Source: Octopus vulgaris (lineage: Eukaryota). From it: DNA of 64,000 nt. The stretch is taken from positions 25,730,001-25,794,000 of the forward strand of contig OX597830.1 in the NCBI GenBank assembly GCA_951406725.2, given 5' to 3'. Position 1 is the first letter of the stretch. The number at the start of each line of letters is the position of its first letter. Shown here piece by piece: positions 28,360 to 41,900 of this stretch. The notes below the pieces were generated by a model. It ran no database searches. It saw only the letters and a list, made by a program, of their open reading frames with translations, and was not told the origin of the DNA. Both the position numbers and the translations under genes were made by a program.

Positions 28360-28950
28360 TTTCCGCAACCCCTCGTATGTTCATAGTTCGAATCCCGTCG
28401 AACTCATCTTATCTTTTGTCCTTTCGAGGCCCTGAAACTAATTCTTAGTCAAATATCTGGTCTCGATTTGCGCTACCGTTACACCCACCACACAAATTAG
28501 TTCATCCACTGGGTTTCTATTATAACTCTTCGAATTATATCTTCCAAAAGTCAAGGTGGTGTAGTGGTAGAATCATTGGGGGTATTTCTTCTGATTCTTT
28601 GAGAGTTCAAATCCCGTCGAGGTCAAGTTTGCTGTCCATCCTTTCTGAGTTCGATAAAAAAAAATGCTGAAGGTGATGGCCTCAAATTCCCTTCCAAAGT
28701 CATTTTTTTATCTTGTACCTAAATCACCAATCATTATATCTTATTAAATTTTAAGGCGGCGAATTGCAGAATCGTTAGCATGCCGGAGAAATTGATTAGC
28801 GACATTTCTTGTCATTATGTTCTGAGTTCAAATTTCATCTTTGACTCCCACCATTTCGGGATCAATAAAATAATTACCAGTTGAGCACTGACGTCGATAT
28901 AATTCACCAGCCTCCGATCTCGCAAAGATTCAGACCTTTTGCCTATACTA

Positions 28951-29308
28951 GGCGCATGAGTGGCTGTGTGGTAAGTAGCTTGCTTACGAACCACATGGTT
29001 CCGGGTTCAATACCACTGTGTGGCACCTTGGGAAAGTGTCTTCTACTATAGCCTCGGGCCAACAAAAGCCTTGTGAGTGGATTTGGTAGACGGAAACTGA
29101 AAAAAGCCCGTCGTATATATGTATCTATATATATGTATGTGTGTGTTTGTGTTTGTCTTTACGTCCCCGTAACTTAGCAGTTTAGCAAAAGAGACGGATA
29201 GAATAAGTACTAGGCTTAGAAAGAATAAGTCCTGGAGTCGATTTGCTCGACTAAAGGCGGTGCTTCAGCATGGCCACAGTCAAAGGCCTGAAACAAGTAA
29301 AAGAGAGT
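28951..29308 (+). mobile_element. SINE family B, near full-length, nested in the tail of a family A copy (28753-28950)
   Basis: Head GGCGCATGAGTGGCTGTGTGGTAAG (A box) and GGTTCAATACC (B box), then core, microsatellite and tail GAAACAAGTAAAAGAG. Confidence 0.85.
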
Positions 29309-29569
29309 ATAGAAGTAAGGATTATAGAATTATATTTTACTAAATTTCTGGATCATGGAGATACGAAATATGCAGCCAACCGCTCCCTGAATTGAACTCA
29401 AACCACAGAAAGACGGAAGTATACCCTAAAAGATTCTACGATTTACCCACTGCTCCAATTTAGTCATTGTTGTCTTATGCATTTCTGTGTTTATTATAAA
29501 AAGGTAATTATTTCAGGTTCAAATAATGGTAGTCTCACGTAGTCTGAGAAAGACGGTTCTAGCATATCA

Positions 29570-29980
29570 GTGTGGTAAGGAGCTTGCTTTCCAAACACAT
29601 GGTTCCGGCTTCGGTCCCACCGTTTGGCGCCTTGGGCAATTGACTTCTTCACTAGCCTCGGGCCAACCAAAGCCTTGTGAGTGGATCTGGTTGACGGAAA
29701 CTGAAAGAAGCCCGTCGCATATATATATGTATGTATCTATATGTGTGTGTGTGTGTCTTTGTGTCTGTATTTGTCCTCCCACCACTGCTTGACAATCGAT
29801 ACTGGTGGGTTTTTGTCTCCGTAACTTAACGTTTCGGCAAAAGAGACTGATAGAATAAGTGCCAGACTTAAAAAAAAAACAAAATATAAAAATCCTGGGT
29901 CGATTTGTTTGACTAAAACATTTCAAGCCGGTGCCCCAGCATGGCCGCAGTCAGACGACTGAAACAAGTAAAAGATAAAG
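29570..29980 (+). mobile_element. SINE family B
   Basis: Colinear with 28951-29308. Confidence 0.8.
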
Positions 29981-30241
29981 TACCCGCACAAGTGACTTAT
30001 TTACAGTGGTCAAATGTATGTGATTGTACATTAGGCTCGACGTTGCTTGAACAGGTGCACGGCGTGCCACGAGTCAGGTATCGACGTGATCGCAGAACGA
30101 GATGAGATGAAGTACTTCGCTCGCTCAAGAATAAAATGCATCTCCAAGACCAAGAATTGAAACCACCATCTCTTTAACCACTATGCCATGCGCCTCTCCC
30201 ATATACATATAAATTAAATGAAGATGAATTGATGATATGCC

Positions 30242-30284
<43 letters not shown>

Positions 30285-30390
30285 GTAAAAAGTGAAAAAA
30301 CTACAGAAAGCTTGTTTTAAAAGGTTAAAAAATATATTTGAGTCATTATGTCAGAAGAATGTTATAAAATTTTTTCATACAGTGACATAG

Positions 30391-30439
30391 TTTTTGAAGA
30401 AATTACCGGTTTCGTGTTAACTTTTCAAATTTCTCAAAA
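30391..30439 (-). ncRNA. Minimal hammerhead-like motif with a U3-A8 core in a (TA)n-flanked segment (30279-30520)
   Basis: Minus strand: UUUUGAGAAAU-UUGAAAA-GU(UAAC)AC-GAAA-CCGG-UA-AUUUCUUCAAAA. Stem I is long and stem III is palindromic (ACCGGU). Confidence 0.6.
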
Positions 30440-30538
30440 CATCGTGTTATGTCTTCGTTATGAAGTGTAAAGAAGAGTTCCAGGTAAGGGGAGGTAATAA
30501 GTGATTTCTTCCGGTGTAAGTATATATATATACTTTTA

Positions 30539-30748
30539 AGAGATGGTGCTGACAAGTTCCTGGATTTGGGTAAAAGGAAATACAGGAGGATCAGTTAATT
30601 ATGATTTTACTAAACATTTCCCCACCCTCAGATTCATACACTTATTGCAGTGGTCCTTCAGTTTTTCTAAGCCCTGTAAAAGAGCTCGGAAGGATGGGCC
30701 TCCAACCAGGCCTTTCGCGACACCCAGGAACTTTTCAGTATCCCCTCG
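30539..30748. mobile_element. Tc1/mariner-derived MITE
   Basis: Imperfect TIRs GAGATGGTGCTGACAAGTTCCTGG / CCAGGAACTTTTCAGTATCCCCTCG, followed by TA. Confidence 0.65.
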
Positions 30749-31047
30749 TATACATAAATACATACATACATACATACATACATACATAAATACATACATG
30801 CATATACACACACACACACATATCATCATGGTCTCTCACGTTGTTAGACGACGTATGGGTTCGGCAATTTCTTGCCGAACAACTACACAGACGATTTGTT
30901 TATAGTGATTAAATGTTTGTGTCCATATAAGCTCCTCCATCAAAACGACATTACCATGTGCCAAATGATCAGATGACGAAATGAAACGAAGTGCTTTGCT
31001 CATGAACACAACACAATGCCCAGTCTGGAATCGAATCCACGATCTCG

Positions 31048-31110
<63 letters not shown>

Positions 31111-31221
31111 TGTACCTATGCACACATACCTAAATATATAGATATAAAATGTGTGTATGTACGTATGTGCGTGCGTGTGTAAGCCAGAGAATAAGCATCG
31201 AATGAAAAGGAGTGTCAATGG

Positions 31222-31472
31222 TGTATCATGGCACTCCATCGGTTACGACGACGAGGGTTCCAGTTGATGCGATCAACGGAACAGCCTGCTCGTAAACTTA
31301 ACGTGAAAGTGGCTGAGAACTCCACAGACACGCGTACCCTTAACGTAGTTCTCGGAGAGATTCGGCGTGACACAGAATGTGACAAAGCTGGGCCCCCTTT
31401 GAAATACACGTACGATAGAAACAGGAAGAAAGAGTGAGAAAAAGTTGTGGTGAAACAGTACAGCAGGGTTCG
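31222..31472 (-). mobile_element. Family D long-tail segment
   Basis: The reverse complement matches 10970-11132 (CCAGCCTTGTCACA...CTGTTCCGTTGATCG.ATCAA.TGGAA...CGTCGTCGTAACCGA). Confidence 0.7.
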
Positions 31473-32154
31473 TCTTTTCAAATAGACTCTAACTAAGCCC
31501 TGGGGTCGAAATCATTCACAAGCTCCTTTCTCCAAATTTCAGGTTTTGTGACTACAGCAGAATGGTTTATTAATAATATAATAGCAATTATTATTTATAC
31601 TCTTATACATTTTATCTGTTTTTTTTTTTTAAATTCGTATTATAGCAATGGAAATGGCTTTACCCTCTAGCTTTTGCTTTATGTGCTTTTTATTATCGCC
31701 ATTCCTTTTCTCTCTTCTATTGTTATTATATTATTTAATGATCAATTGGCAAGAAAAAGATTTCTTTGGCAGAGGCATGTCAGCTTCTATCAAGTGGTTC
31801 ATATATCACTTGTCTAAAAACCTCAGCTGTTCAATGACGACGTTCTGATACCAATTAGCGGTTGACCACTCCCATTATTTTAGAATGAATTGAAGCTAAT
31901 ATGATGCTACTAGCTGATTAGCTAAGTTCCTAATTTAACTACCTCCTACGGCTGATGTGATCAGGAATGTAGTTCAGAAATTTCCAGAGATCGAATTTTC
32001 TCTGTAGTCTGATTTTTGCCTTCCGATGATTCAAAGATGCTAGCTGAAAAGGTGGACAATTTAACATATACAATACTGCTGTATTATATTAATCACAAAT
32101 AAATTGCTGCGCTATTGAAACATTTGTAGCATGTATTGAATAATATTTGACATC

Positions 32155-32600
32155 CTAGCGGGTCCCCTTCAAGATGACACGTCAGCTCCATATCTTTTCA
32201 TAATCGCTCTGGACTATGCCATGAGGGAAGTCATTGTTAATGAACAAAATCTCGGCTTTACATTGATACAAAGGAGAAGATAGCGAAGCCCACCAACTGT
32301 TATATGTGATACAGACTTTTTGGTGATATAACTCTTTTATCAAACACCATTGGTCAAGCTCAAGAACAAATTCATAAAGTCGAATTCTCCGCCAGGAAAA
32401 TTGATTTACACATAAATGTGAGCAAGACAACGAGTAAATGTCGCCACTAAACCAAGAAGATGAACATTTTGTCACCGTGGATGGTAGAATGGTAAACTGA
32501 GTTGATTATTTTCTATATTTGAGAAGCTGGGTCAGTTCATCAAAAACGGACATTGACATTAGAATTACTAAAGCCTGAGCTACAATGAACAGAATGGAAA
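32155..32600 (+). pseudogene. Decayed RTE-like LINE reverse transcriptase fragment
   Basis: Across frameshifts it reads LQDDTSAPYLFIIALDYAMR..GFTL..DTDF.. and ..DYFLYLRSWVSSSKTDIDIRITKA*ATMNRMEK (QGDTLAP / DF-ADD / F-YLGS motifs). Interrupted by a family A SINE at ~32601-32818. Confidence 0.65.
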
Positions 32601-33034
32601 AGGTGGTGAGCTGGCAGAATCGCTAGCACGCTGGCAAAATGCTTAGCGGCCTCTCGTCCGTCTTTACGTTCTAAGTTCAAATTTCGCCGAGGTCGACTTT
32701 ACCTTTCATTCTTTCGGAGTCGATAGAATAAGTACTTGTTGATCACTGGGGTCACTGCAATCGACTTAACCTCTCCCCTGAATTTGTTAGCCTTGTACCA
32801 ATATTTGAAACCAGTATTTCATCACAGTGGACATATGCAATTAATATTGTTACAAGAATTGGAGTTGCAGTGTACTTGATGTCATTAAGCATCAGTTAAT
32901 CTACTGACTGGATACTGAAATACGACTATTTATCAGTACAATGCAAAACAAATACATGCTAGAGGCTACGGAGTTTATTAACACCAACTGATACACACAC
33001 ACACACACATGCACACACATATATGTGTGTGTAC

Positions 33035-33202
33035 TTTTATTAAAGCTGTAAAAGTTTCACAAAACTGTTACTCTGAGTTTCACGACCCCGTTCGTCGTTG
33101 TGACGAATAACGTTTTGCAGCTTTAATAAAGGCATATTACTCTACCTTCGGTATTCGAGTACTATTTCTTTCCACCTTGTTTTGCATTTATGTGCTTACT
33201 CA
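33035..33202 (+). mobile_element. Second, collapsed copy of the palindromic HHR element at 35837-36069
   Basis: Shares CTGTTACTCTGAGTTTC, GCTTTAATAAAG and the tail GCATATTACTCTACC..GGTATT.GAG.ACTATTT..TCCACCTTGTTT..CATTTATGT. The centre is deleted. Ends in (TA)n. Confidence 0.7.
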
Positions 33203-33460
33203 CATATATATTTATATAGCCACTAGAAGGATGCGAGGCAAACAAGACCACGGTGGAATATCAAAAGAGCCACAAGAAATATCGCTAGGCGTTTTCTCCC
33301 ATTTTGCCAAAGTGACACGATTTTCTTGTATGTGGATGATAATGAAGATTTTACTAAACTAGCTGGCCTCAAACCATCAAAGATGACGGCTAATTGTAGT
33401 ATTTTATATATATATAAGGTACAAAATAATCACAGATACAAACATTTACATACTTCCCTT

Positions 33461-33532
<72 letters not shown>

Positions 33533-33879
33533 TCACACAATGTTGAAATGCTGTTTGATTTTTCTTTTCAGCGTTGAATGTTCACCATCCCACTTCCAGT
33601 TTTATATCACCCACTTCCTTCCTTTTCCATCTATCACTCCTTCCTTTTTCATTCTTATGTTGTGATGGAGAAAAAGCACAGGAGTATTATTACAGTAGAT
33701 GATAGTGACAACATTGGTGGTGCTGTTGGTGGTAATGGCGGTGGGGCTATTGCTGTTGGTGCTGCTGGTGCTGCTACAGTTGCTGTAATAGTTGTTGTTG
33801 GTGATTATGATGATGGTGGCGATTGTGGTGCCAGCGATGATGATGTGGTGTCACTGCTGCTGCTGCTGGTGCTGTAGCT

Positions 33880-34279
<400 letters not shown>

Positions 34280-34712
34280 CCTCAACCAATACCTAGCTAA
34301 GATAGACAGACACAACGCCAAGCTTGTTGACAGGAACGAGATTCGTTTTGGTGTGGGGCGGTGTCGGGAGAATGGTGCCGAGGCGAGATACGAAGCAATT
34401 ATTTGTGTCTGGTTTAAACAGAATCTTCAAGCATTTCCTACTCCATCCCGACAGGTACTTGAAAATAAAACATCTAAGAAACTTAATCAATGTGATATAG
34501 ACATGTTGTGAAGTCAATTCCAGATACTCATAATATGGAGAGTCTGTGAAAAGCATCTCATTCGACGAGAGTGTCATATTGCCGCAGTTATAAAATTATA
34601 AAATACAGTTTCGTGACAAAAGCAAAAATTAATTCTGCAGTTCCTTGACTCCCACTGCACTTAGCTGTGTTTCCTTAAAGTACTTATTTGTAGACATAGC
34701 TATGTACATTCG

Positions 34713-35003
34713 TTTCTACTCTAGGCACAAGGCTCTAATTTTTGGGGGGAAGGGGCTAGTCGATTACATCGACCCCAGTACGCAACTGGTACTTAATTTA
34801 TGGACCACGAAAGGATGAAAGGCAAAGTCAACCTCAGCGGAATTTGAACACAGAACCTTTATTTATTTACTACCCACAAGGGGTTACACACAGAGGGGAC
34901 AGACAAGGACAGACAAACGGATTAAGTCGATTATATCGAACCCAGTGCGTAACTGGTACTTATTTAATCGAACACAAAAAGATGAAAGGCAAAGTCGACC
35001 TCG
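34713..35003 (-). mobile_element. SINE family A dimer, 5'-truncated
   Basis: Two bodies separated by tail 1. The head is missing. Confidence 0.8.
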
Positions 35004-35667
35004 TCTCAACTTATTTCTATTTTATCTTCTCCCATATGAAATTTTATTCTTTGAATTTGATCAATCACGTTCTTAATTCTTACTTATCTGAATTCATTTC
35101 ACTTTATTTCATCTCATTGCACATTATATTATATAATTAGCTAATTAATTAATCATTTAATTAATTTTTGTATATTTATTCACTTACATTTTTTATATAT
35201 CCGTTTATTCACATAATCCCCCGGCCTAATGCATTCATTTTGATTTATTGTTATATACCATTGTCTTTTGCCTTGTTACATTTTATCATAAATTATTTTA
35301 CCTCATTTGTCCCTTAATTTATTATTTCTGTGTCTCTTGAACTTTTTCTATCAATTTTCCGAGCCCCCGAAGTGTTTCGTCCTTTATATTTTCACCATCT
35401 CTGTTCCTTCATCTTTTGCTATACTGTTCCCAAATTATTATAACTAATTATAAATGACATGGTATAATTGAGCTTAATCATTTATAGCACAATCTCAAAA
35501 TCATTTAGAATAAGATGTAACAACAACACACTAAAATAAAATAAAAAGATATGTAACAATAACTCGAAATGAATGAATTGAGTTGAGAACCAATATAAGC
35601 TGGAGGGATTCAGTGAATAAATGGATATATAATTTCAGCGTGGAAGATGTTTATAAGCCATTTAGAA

Positions 35668-35698
<31 letters not shown>

Positions 35699-35736
35699 AA
35701 AAAATCCGTTAGATCCACTTCAACATTTAAATTTAA

Positions 35737-35787
35737 TTTGTCAACATATTTTCGCCGCTTTGAGACCGCGACCTGTCCACTGACAAA
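35737..35787 (-). ncRNA. Hammerhead-like motif with a G3-C8 core (decayed) in a small foldback element (35700-35821)
   Basis: Minus strand: UUUGUCA-GUGGACA-G-GUCGC(..)GCGGC-GAAA-AUAU-GU-UGACAAA. Stem I has 7 bp, but A6 and U16.1 are substituted. An adjacent inverted repeat spans 35773-35821. Confidence 0.45.
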
Positions 35788-35836
35788 ATTCAGTGCCGCA
35801 CGGAATTTTGTCTATGGACAGATATATATATATATA

Positions 35837-36068
35837 CCGGAGTAAATACATAAATGTGAAACAAGGTGGAAAAAATAGTCCTCAAATACCAGTGGTAGAG
35901 TAATATGCTTTATTTAAAGCAGCAGAAAATTCAACAAAATCTGTTACTCTGAGTTTCTCGTTGCCGTTCATCAGACAGTTTTTGCTATATAGCAAAAACT
36001 GTCTGATGAACGGCAACGAGAAACTCAGAGTAACAGATTTTGTTGAATTTTCTGCTGCTTTAAATAAA

Positions 36069-36069
<1 letters not shown>
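35837..36069. mobile_element. Penelope-like terminal remnant: perfect 162-bp palindrome (35908-36069) plus a ~70-bp one-sided tail, between (TA)n tracts
   Basis: The arms are exact reverse complements around GCTATATAGC (centre 35988/35989). Each arm carries an HHR. Confidence 0.8.
35994..36041 (+). ncRNA. Minimal type I hammerhead ribozyme motif (mirror copy on the minus strand at 35936-35983)
   Basis: AAAAACUGU-CUGAUGA-ACG(GCAA)CGA-GAAA-CUCAGAG-UA-ACAGAUUUU. Canonical core, GNRA-capped stem II with one mismatch, near-palindromic stem III, GUA cleavage triplet. Confidence 0.75.
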
Positions 36070-36106
<37 letters not shown>

Positions 36107-36710
36107 GCACAAACACCCAAATCACGTGATGTGCTGGGGAGTTGTTTGTTTCCATGGAAATCTAATGGAAAAATGGTTTGAAAAATAAAACTAAAAAAAA
36201 AAAACTACAAATTAAACATGTTCTCTTGCTTCTATAGTTTGTAATATATTTTTTTATCCCTTGCATTGAACAACCAGAGAAATCGATGCAAGTCAACTTA
36301 AATGTGATCTTCATAAACGAATTAACAAACATAAATACCAGTAACCAATTAGAATGCATGTAGAGTGAGACAATGATAGCATTTGTTACCAAATTCTTGT
36401 GAAACTATACCAAGTATGTCTTATGTACATTGCGTTATCGATCCGACCGTAAGTGATCTTACATAAGCGTTTAAATGACAATGGATCTCGTCGTTATGAT
36501 GTTCAAACATTCCACATTCATCGAGGATTCACTGAAAAATAAAATATAGGCAATAATATAAAATACAGCTAAAAATTTTATGTAAAACGATGAACAAAGA
36601 TTAAAACAAAATGGAGTAACGGCAAAAATCTTCTCAACAACAATGTAATAGAATATATGTAGGTTACGAATCTAAATTGATCCAGTTGTGTAAGACTTAG
36701 GCATGGTTGT

Positions 36711-37095
36711 AGGCGCAGGTGTGGTTGCGTGGCTAGAAGTTTGCTTCCCAACCACACGGTTCCGGGTTCAGTCCCATTGCGTGGTACATTGGGCAAATGT
36801 CTTCTACTATAACCTCGGGTCGAGCAAAGCCATTTGAGTGTAGTTGTTAGACGAAAACTGAAAGAAGCCCGTGGTATATGCATATGTATATGTCTGTTTG
36901 TGTGTGCGTGAGTGTGCTTTTGTGTTTTTCATCCACAACTGCTTGACAACTGGTGTTGGTATGTTTACAACCCCGTAATTTATCGGTTCGGCAAAAGAAT
37001 CTGATAGAGAAAGTGCCGGACTTAAAAATGGAAGTTCTTCAAGGCGGTGCCTCAGCATGGCCGTAGTCTAATGACTGAAACAAATAAAAGATAAA
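36711..37095 (+). mobile_element. SINE family B
   Basis: AGGCGCAGGTGTGGTTGCGTGG head, core and tail are colinear with other copies. Confidence 0.8.
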
Positions 37096-37248
37096 TGATA
37101 GCATGTGTATGTATGCATACACGTGTTAATGGAAGCATGTATATGTACGTCTTTATATAAATATATGTATATATACATACATATACATACATATATACAC
37201 ATATATATGTGTGTATGCGTATATATATATATATATATATACATACAT

Positions 37249-37325
<77 letters not shown>

Positions 37326-37414
37326 TACCTATATATATGTGTATGTACATGGAAATATATATATGCGACCCACGTGTATTGTCGTTATGCCAAAATTTGG
37401 AACCATTATCATTA

Positions 37415-39335
37415 TACTGGTCAACAAAATTCTAACATTTTGCTGTCCCATGAACTAAAGAAAGTGACCTTTATAGTACTTTTAACGTAGATTTCGAACC
37501 TGCGATTAGAATGTTTCTGTCAGGCATGGTTTGTATGTGACAGAGTAATTAAATTGTACAATATTAAATGGACAATATTAACGCAAAAATGAGGATGACA
37601 ATAATAATTGGTCAACAGAATTAATGAAACATTGTCTCCCACGAACAAAAGTAGGTGAACTTAATAGCCTTTTATCTGCAGAATTCAAGTGTGTTTTCAG
37701 ATTTTTTTCTATAAGTCAGTTGTTCGTCACTGACAGCCCTAAGATTTGCAGGAAAAAAGTCCAAGTGAGAGTTCAAGAAGTGGATGTTTAGGCTCATATT
37801 GCATCCGAAGGCCTTGTATGATGTCAGTAGCTCTTCCACAATGTCAGAATAGTTCTCTGCTCTCTGATTCCTCCAGACTCTCTGCGAACTTTCTTAAATG
37901 ACAGTCACGCAGCTTTTTCAGCATAACTGATCTCTTCATCAAACTTTTGGTCCCTCATCAGCTCCCTAATCCGGGGCCTAGCAAAAATACCTTCCTTGAT
38001 TTTTAGGTCACTTACTCTTGAAAATTTAGTTTTCAAATAAGTGAATCCCTTGTCAGTTCTATCCATACCTTTGACGAAATTCTTCATCAACCCTCGCTTA
38101 ATATTCAAAGGAGGCAGATAAATTTTCTCAGAATCAACAAGGGGAGGATTGATGACATTCTTCTGCCCAGGAGTCAGAGATCGTTTCAGCCACGCATCCT
38201 TTTCATGATTTTCTTATCCCGACTGTCTCACTCACAGAAAAAGCATCAAAACATGGTTTAACCCATATACATCATTACAAAACATCACACCATCCTCAAG
38301 TGAGAAACAATTTGCAAAATCACAATGCCAAGCACAATTAAGACTAACTTTGGTCTCTTTCTCGAGAAGATTCCAGCCATTTAACCTGGAACCAAGGAGT
38401 TCGGCTTGCTTTTTCGACAAAATCGTTCAGATCTCCCTGACTCAACAAATGTGGTTGATTTGAAGAACAGTTAGGCTCAAACTCCATGTCTTCTGGTTCT
38501 TTCTCCACATCTTCATCACTTGACTCGTCTTCACTAAATGCCATTTGTTTTGGAGGGTCATTTACAGGTAAGTATTGACTGTGAAGTACTGGTCTCATAG
38601 CAGATTGTAGATTAGGATATTTTACAGCATGCTTGGATTTTGATATTATATCTTATATATTCGTCATGCAGAAGTAGCAATCTGAAGTGTGATCTTTGGG
38701 CTCTCTCCAAACCATAGGGATGGTAAAAGGCATATGGCGTGAACCTTTGGCCCATGCACTGGGAAGCCTGGCACACGTTACACAACACACATAATGGTCC
38801 CAGCTTTTATCCCGGTCACCCAATTTGCAGTCAAAATAATGCTCATAGTACTTTTTAACCAATGGCATGAAACGTCAACTTTGTGACTTAAATGTTAAGT
38901 CACCGCAAATATAGCAAAAATCGTTGGCGATGTTTATACAGTTTCGTGGCGTTATGAAGCGGAATGGAATATGTGAACTTAGTACACAACTGCACGCCAA
39001 CACTTCAAGCACAGTACTGACAAAGCATCGGTGACTCATCGACTCAGTGTTGCCAAGCTTCAGTGACTCATTGACTCAGATAGCTAGATTTATGATGTCA
39101 TTAGGTTAATTCTATTCATAAACATTTAAATTAGGAGTATCTCTAAGACCGTTAGCTTCACATTTCAACAGCTTAACTGAAATTTAGGTCACGCAACAAG
39201 AACTGAGAGGGATATCTTAGAACAGAGAAACTGTGGGCGACACAGATAATTTGACATTATTTTTGAATTCTGCATGCAAAAACATATAAGATAGATGTGT
39301 TCTTTGTCTTGGGACGAATTCTTTGTTGACCAATG
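37415..39335 (-). mobile_element. Decayed DNA transposon, Chapaev3-like (CMC group)
   Basis: TIR-like ends TACTGGTCAACAAA (37415) / TTTGTTGACCAATG (39322-39335), with a second left-end-like copy at ~37607. Encloses a broken transposase. Confidence 0.7.
37715..38952 (-). pseudogene. Disrupted transposase (stops, frameshifts, internal deletion)
   Basis: Fragments PRNCINIANDFCYICG, YFDCKLGDRDKSW..CCVTC..PMVWREPKDHTSDCYFC, SKKQAELLGSRL.GWNLL, GLMKNFVK.MD..GF.YLK.KF..KIKEGIF and LDFFPANL..VSDE. The Chapaev3 assignment comes from recalled motifs. Confidence 0.75.
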
Positions 39336-39353
39336 CTGCTGCTGCTGCTGCTG

Positions 39354-39392
<39 letters not shown>

Positions 39393-39393
39393 T

Positions 39394-39511
<118 letters not shown>

Positions 39512-40643
39512 TCACTACAATTTATTGTAATTTTTTTGTATCCGGTTTGTAGGGGTGGCCCAGATGATAACACTGTGAGCATTAATTTCATTGATTAATG
39601 AATGAGTTCAAATCCTGTCAATTTGATTCGACATTTTATCCCACCGTTGACCCGCAGAAAATATTTACTACATTCAGTTCGATTGACTATTTCCGTATGT
39701 ATGTTTAGTTTCAAGTTATACAATGCAAGACAAATTTATAGAGGGTCAAAGGGTTAACAACTGATCGCGGTACATCAAAACTCAAGTAATGGGGTGTGCA
39801 GAGATGACCACCACAACAGAACTTTTCGGTTAGAACATAGAACAGAGCAACAGAAAAAACGCAAATTTTCAACTCTGTGAAATCCTTTTTTTAAAAAAAG
39901 CGCTATATTTTATTATTTGCTTCATGGTGTATTCTGCCCTGAAAAAACACTTTGTGGTGGACCCTTTTCTCTATGCTCAAATGACGGAACCTGGATGATG
40001 GTGGCGGGTCCTTGTCGCGTTTTGTTGTAGACAACGAGGGAACATAGGAATTATGCTATAACTGACAAAATCATTATCACTGGTTAACTACTGCTTTCTT
40101 TCATAGCATATTTCTAGTTTACTCTCTATTGATTTTTTTGTTTGTAGGTTGCAATTAGTGAAGCTTCTAAAGTTAATGTGTTTATTTTTATTTTCTCTTT
40201 TATTTTCGATGGAATTCACTATATGATGCTAGTATTATCAGCTAATGTTTTTCGATGTCGTTGTGTTTCGTGTTCTGCATTAAAATGCGCTGTAATGGCT
40301 CCACGTTATAAATGTGTAGTCACCGACAAGTAAATGTCATACTTATGAGTCCTCTGTCACAGTCTGTGTCATGAATTTTACACAATGCACATGTTTAATG
40401 TTTCATGCCAATGTCTCCACAGACATAAAATGTCCGTACTAAAATTCCTTGAAATTTTCATTCCCAGAAGCAGCTTTAAATAAGAGAAAAGTCTTGAAAG
40501 CTAAACAAGCATAAGTTAATAATAGATACTGGAATATTTTTATAGAACAAGCTGCGGAATAATACAAGAACAAATTCATTCACATAGATGCGACTGATAC
40601 AATGCCCAATAAAGGAATACAAACCGCATTTATAGCGTAGTAA

Positions 40644-41040
40644 TCTTTATATATAAAAGTGAAGTTGTGTGTCTGTCTCCTACGATTTAGATTCCTAACT
40701 ACTCCCACATTTTGCGGTGCAGTGTAACCAAAACCGGGTATCTTATAGTCGTGATTCATATCGAGCCCTTCTGGGTATTAGCGCGCGTCTACGATGAGTC
40801 TACGATTTAAAAAAAAAATTTACCATCATTTTCTCCCATTTTTTAATGCATTTTTTTGCTGTTATATAAGGGAATTAACTCTCTAAAAATGTATTATTAA
40901 ATCTCAGAACGTAAAAAGCTACAGTAACATCCCCCTTTGTGGTTAGCCATATTGAGATGGCTATTATACTTTACATCTCTAAAAATGCTTATATAGTTAT
41001 TTCCCTTACAAACCCGAGCAACGCCGGGCGATACTGCTAG
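40644..41040 (+). mobile_element. Non-autonomous Helitron
   Basis: Starts A|TCTTTATATATAAA and ends with hairpin CCCGAGCAACGCCGGG then CTAG|T. Inserted between A and T, with no TSD or TIR. Confidence 0.8.
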
Positions 41041-41375
41041 TACGAACTAAAAGCACAATAGATTGAAATTGGATTCATGTATCGTTAGAGAACTCATATA
41101 AACCGAAACAAATGCACCACACCTAACTAGGTATTCTAATAAAAAGTTAAAATTTATTGCTCCTTTAATATGTTATTTGCTTCTGTTATTGGACTGCGGC
41201 CATGCTGGAACACCACTTTCTTCGATAAGTCTAATAAATGCACCTTGGTACCTATTTTAAGTCATGTGATTACGAAGCAAAGTTCTAAGCGACACGGCCT
41301 TGTCTGCGTTTCTAATATTTTCCATCGATTTTCCTTACTGTATGTGTGCGTGTATGCGCGTGTGTGTACGTGTAC

Positions 41376-41410
<35 letters not shown>

Positions 41411-41681
41411 TGTGTGAGTGGTACTTATTCTATCGGTGTGTTTCGCCGGAGCGCTAAATTACAGGGACATTAACAAAGCAACACTGGTTTCATGCATACA
41501 CACACATTGGCTTGACACACACACACGCACGCACACAAGCACACGCACACACACACATGCGTACATAACACTGGCTAGGTGGGCTGACGCACATACATAC
41601 ACATACGCACATATACACGCATAAGCACACACGCACACACACACACACACATACGAGCATATGACTGGCATCCACACTGTT

Positions 41682-41900
41682 TCTTATTTATTGCCCACAA
41701 GAGGCTAAACATAGAGGGGACAAACAAGGACAAACAAAAGGATTAAGTCGATTACATCGATCCTAGTGCGTAACTGGCACTTAATTTATCGACGCCGAAA
41801 GGATGAAAGGCAAAGTCGACCTTGGCGGAATTTGAACTCAGAACGTAGCGGCAGACGAAATACGGCTACGCATCTCGCCCGGCGTGCTAACGTTTCTGCT
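41682..41900 (-). mobile_element. SINE family A monomer with tail 1, nested in a decayed family B copy (~41155-42020)
   Basis: Tail TTCTTATTTATTGCCCACAAGAGGCTAAAC plus a single body. Family B segments lie on both sides. Confidence 0.75.

Noticed and set aside
39735-40060. piggyBac-like end (AAAGGGTTAA) and an adjacent GC-richer unique stretch
   Set aside because: No matching second terminus or recognisable protein motif was found.
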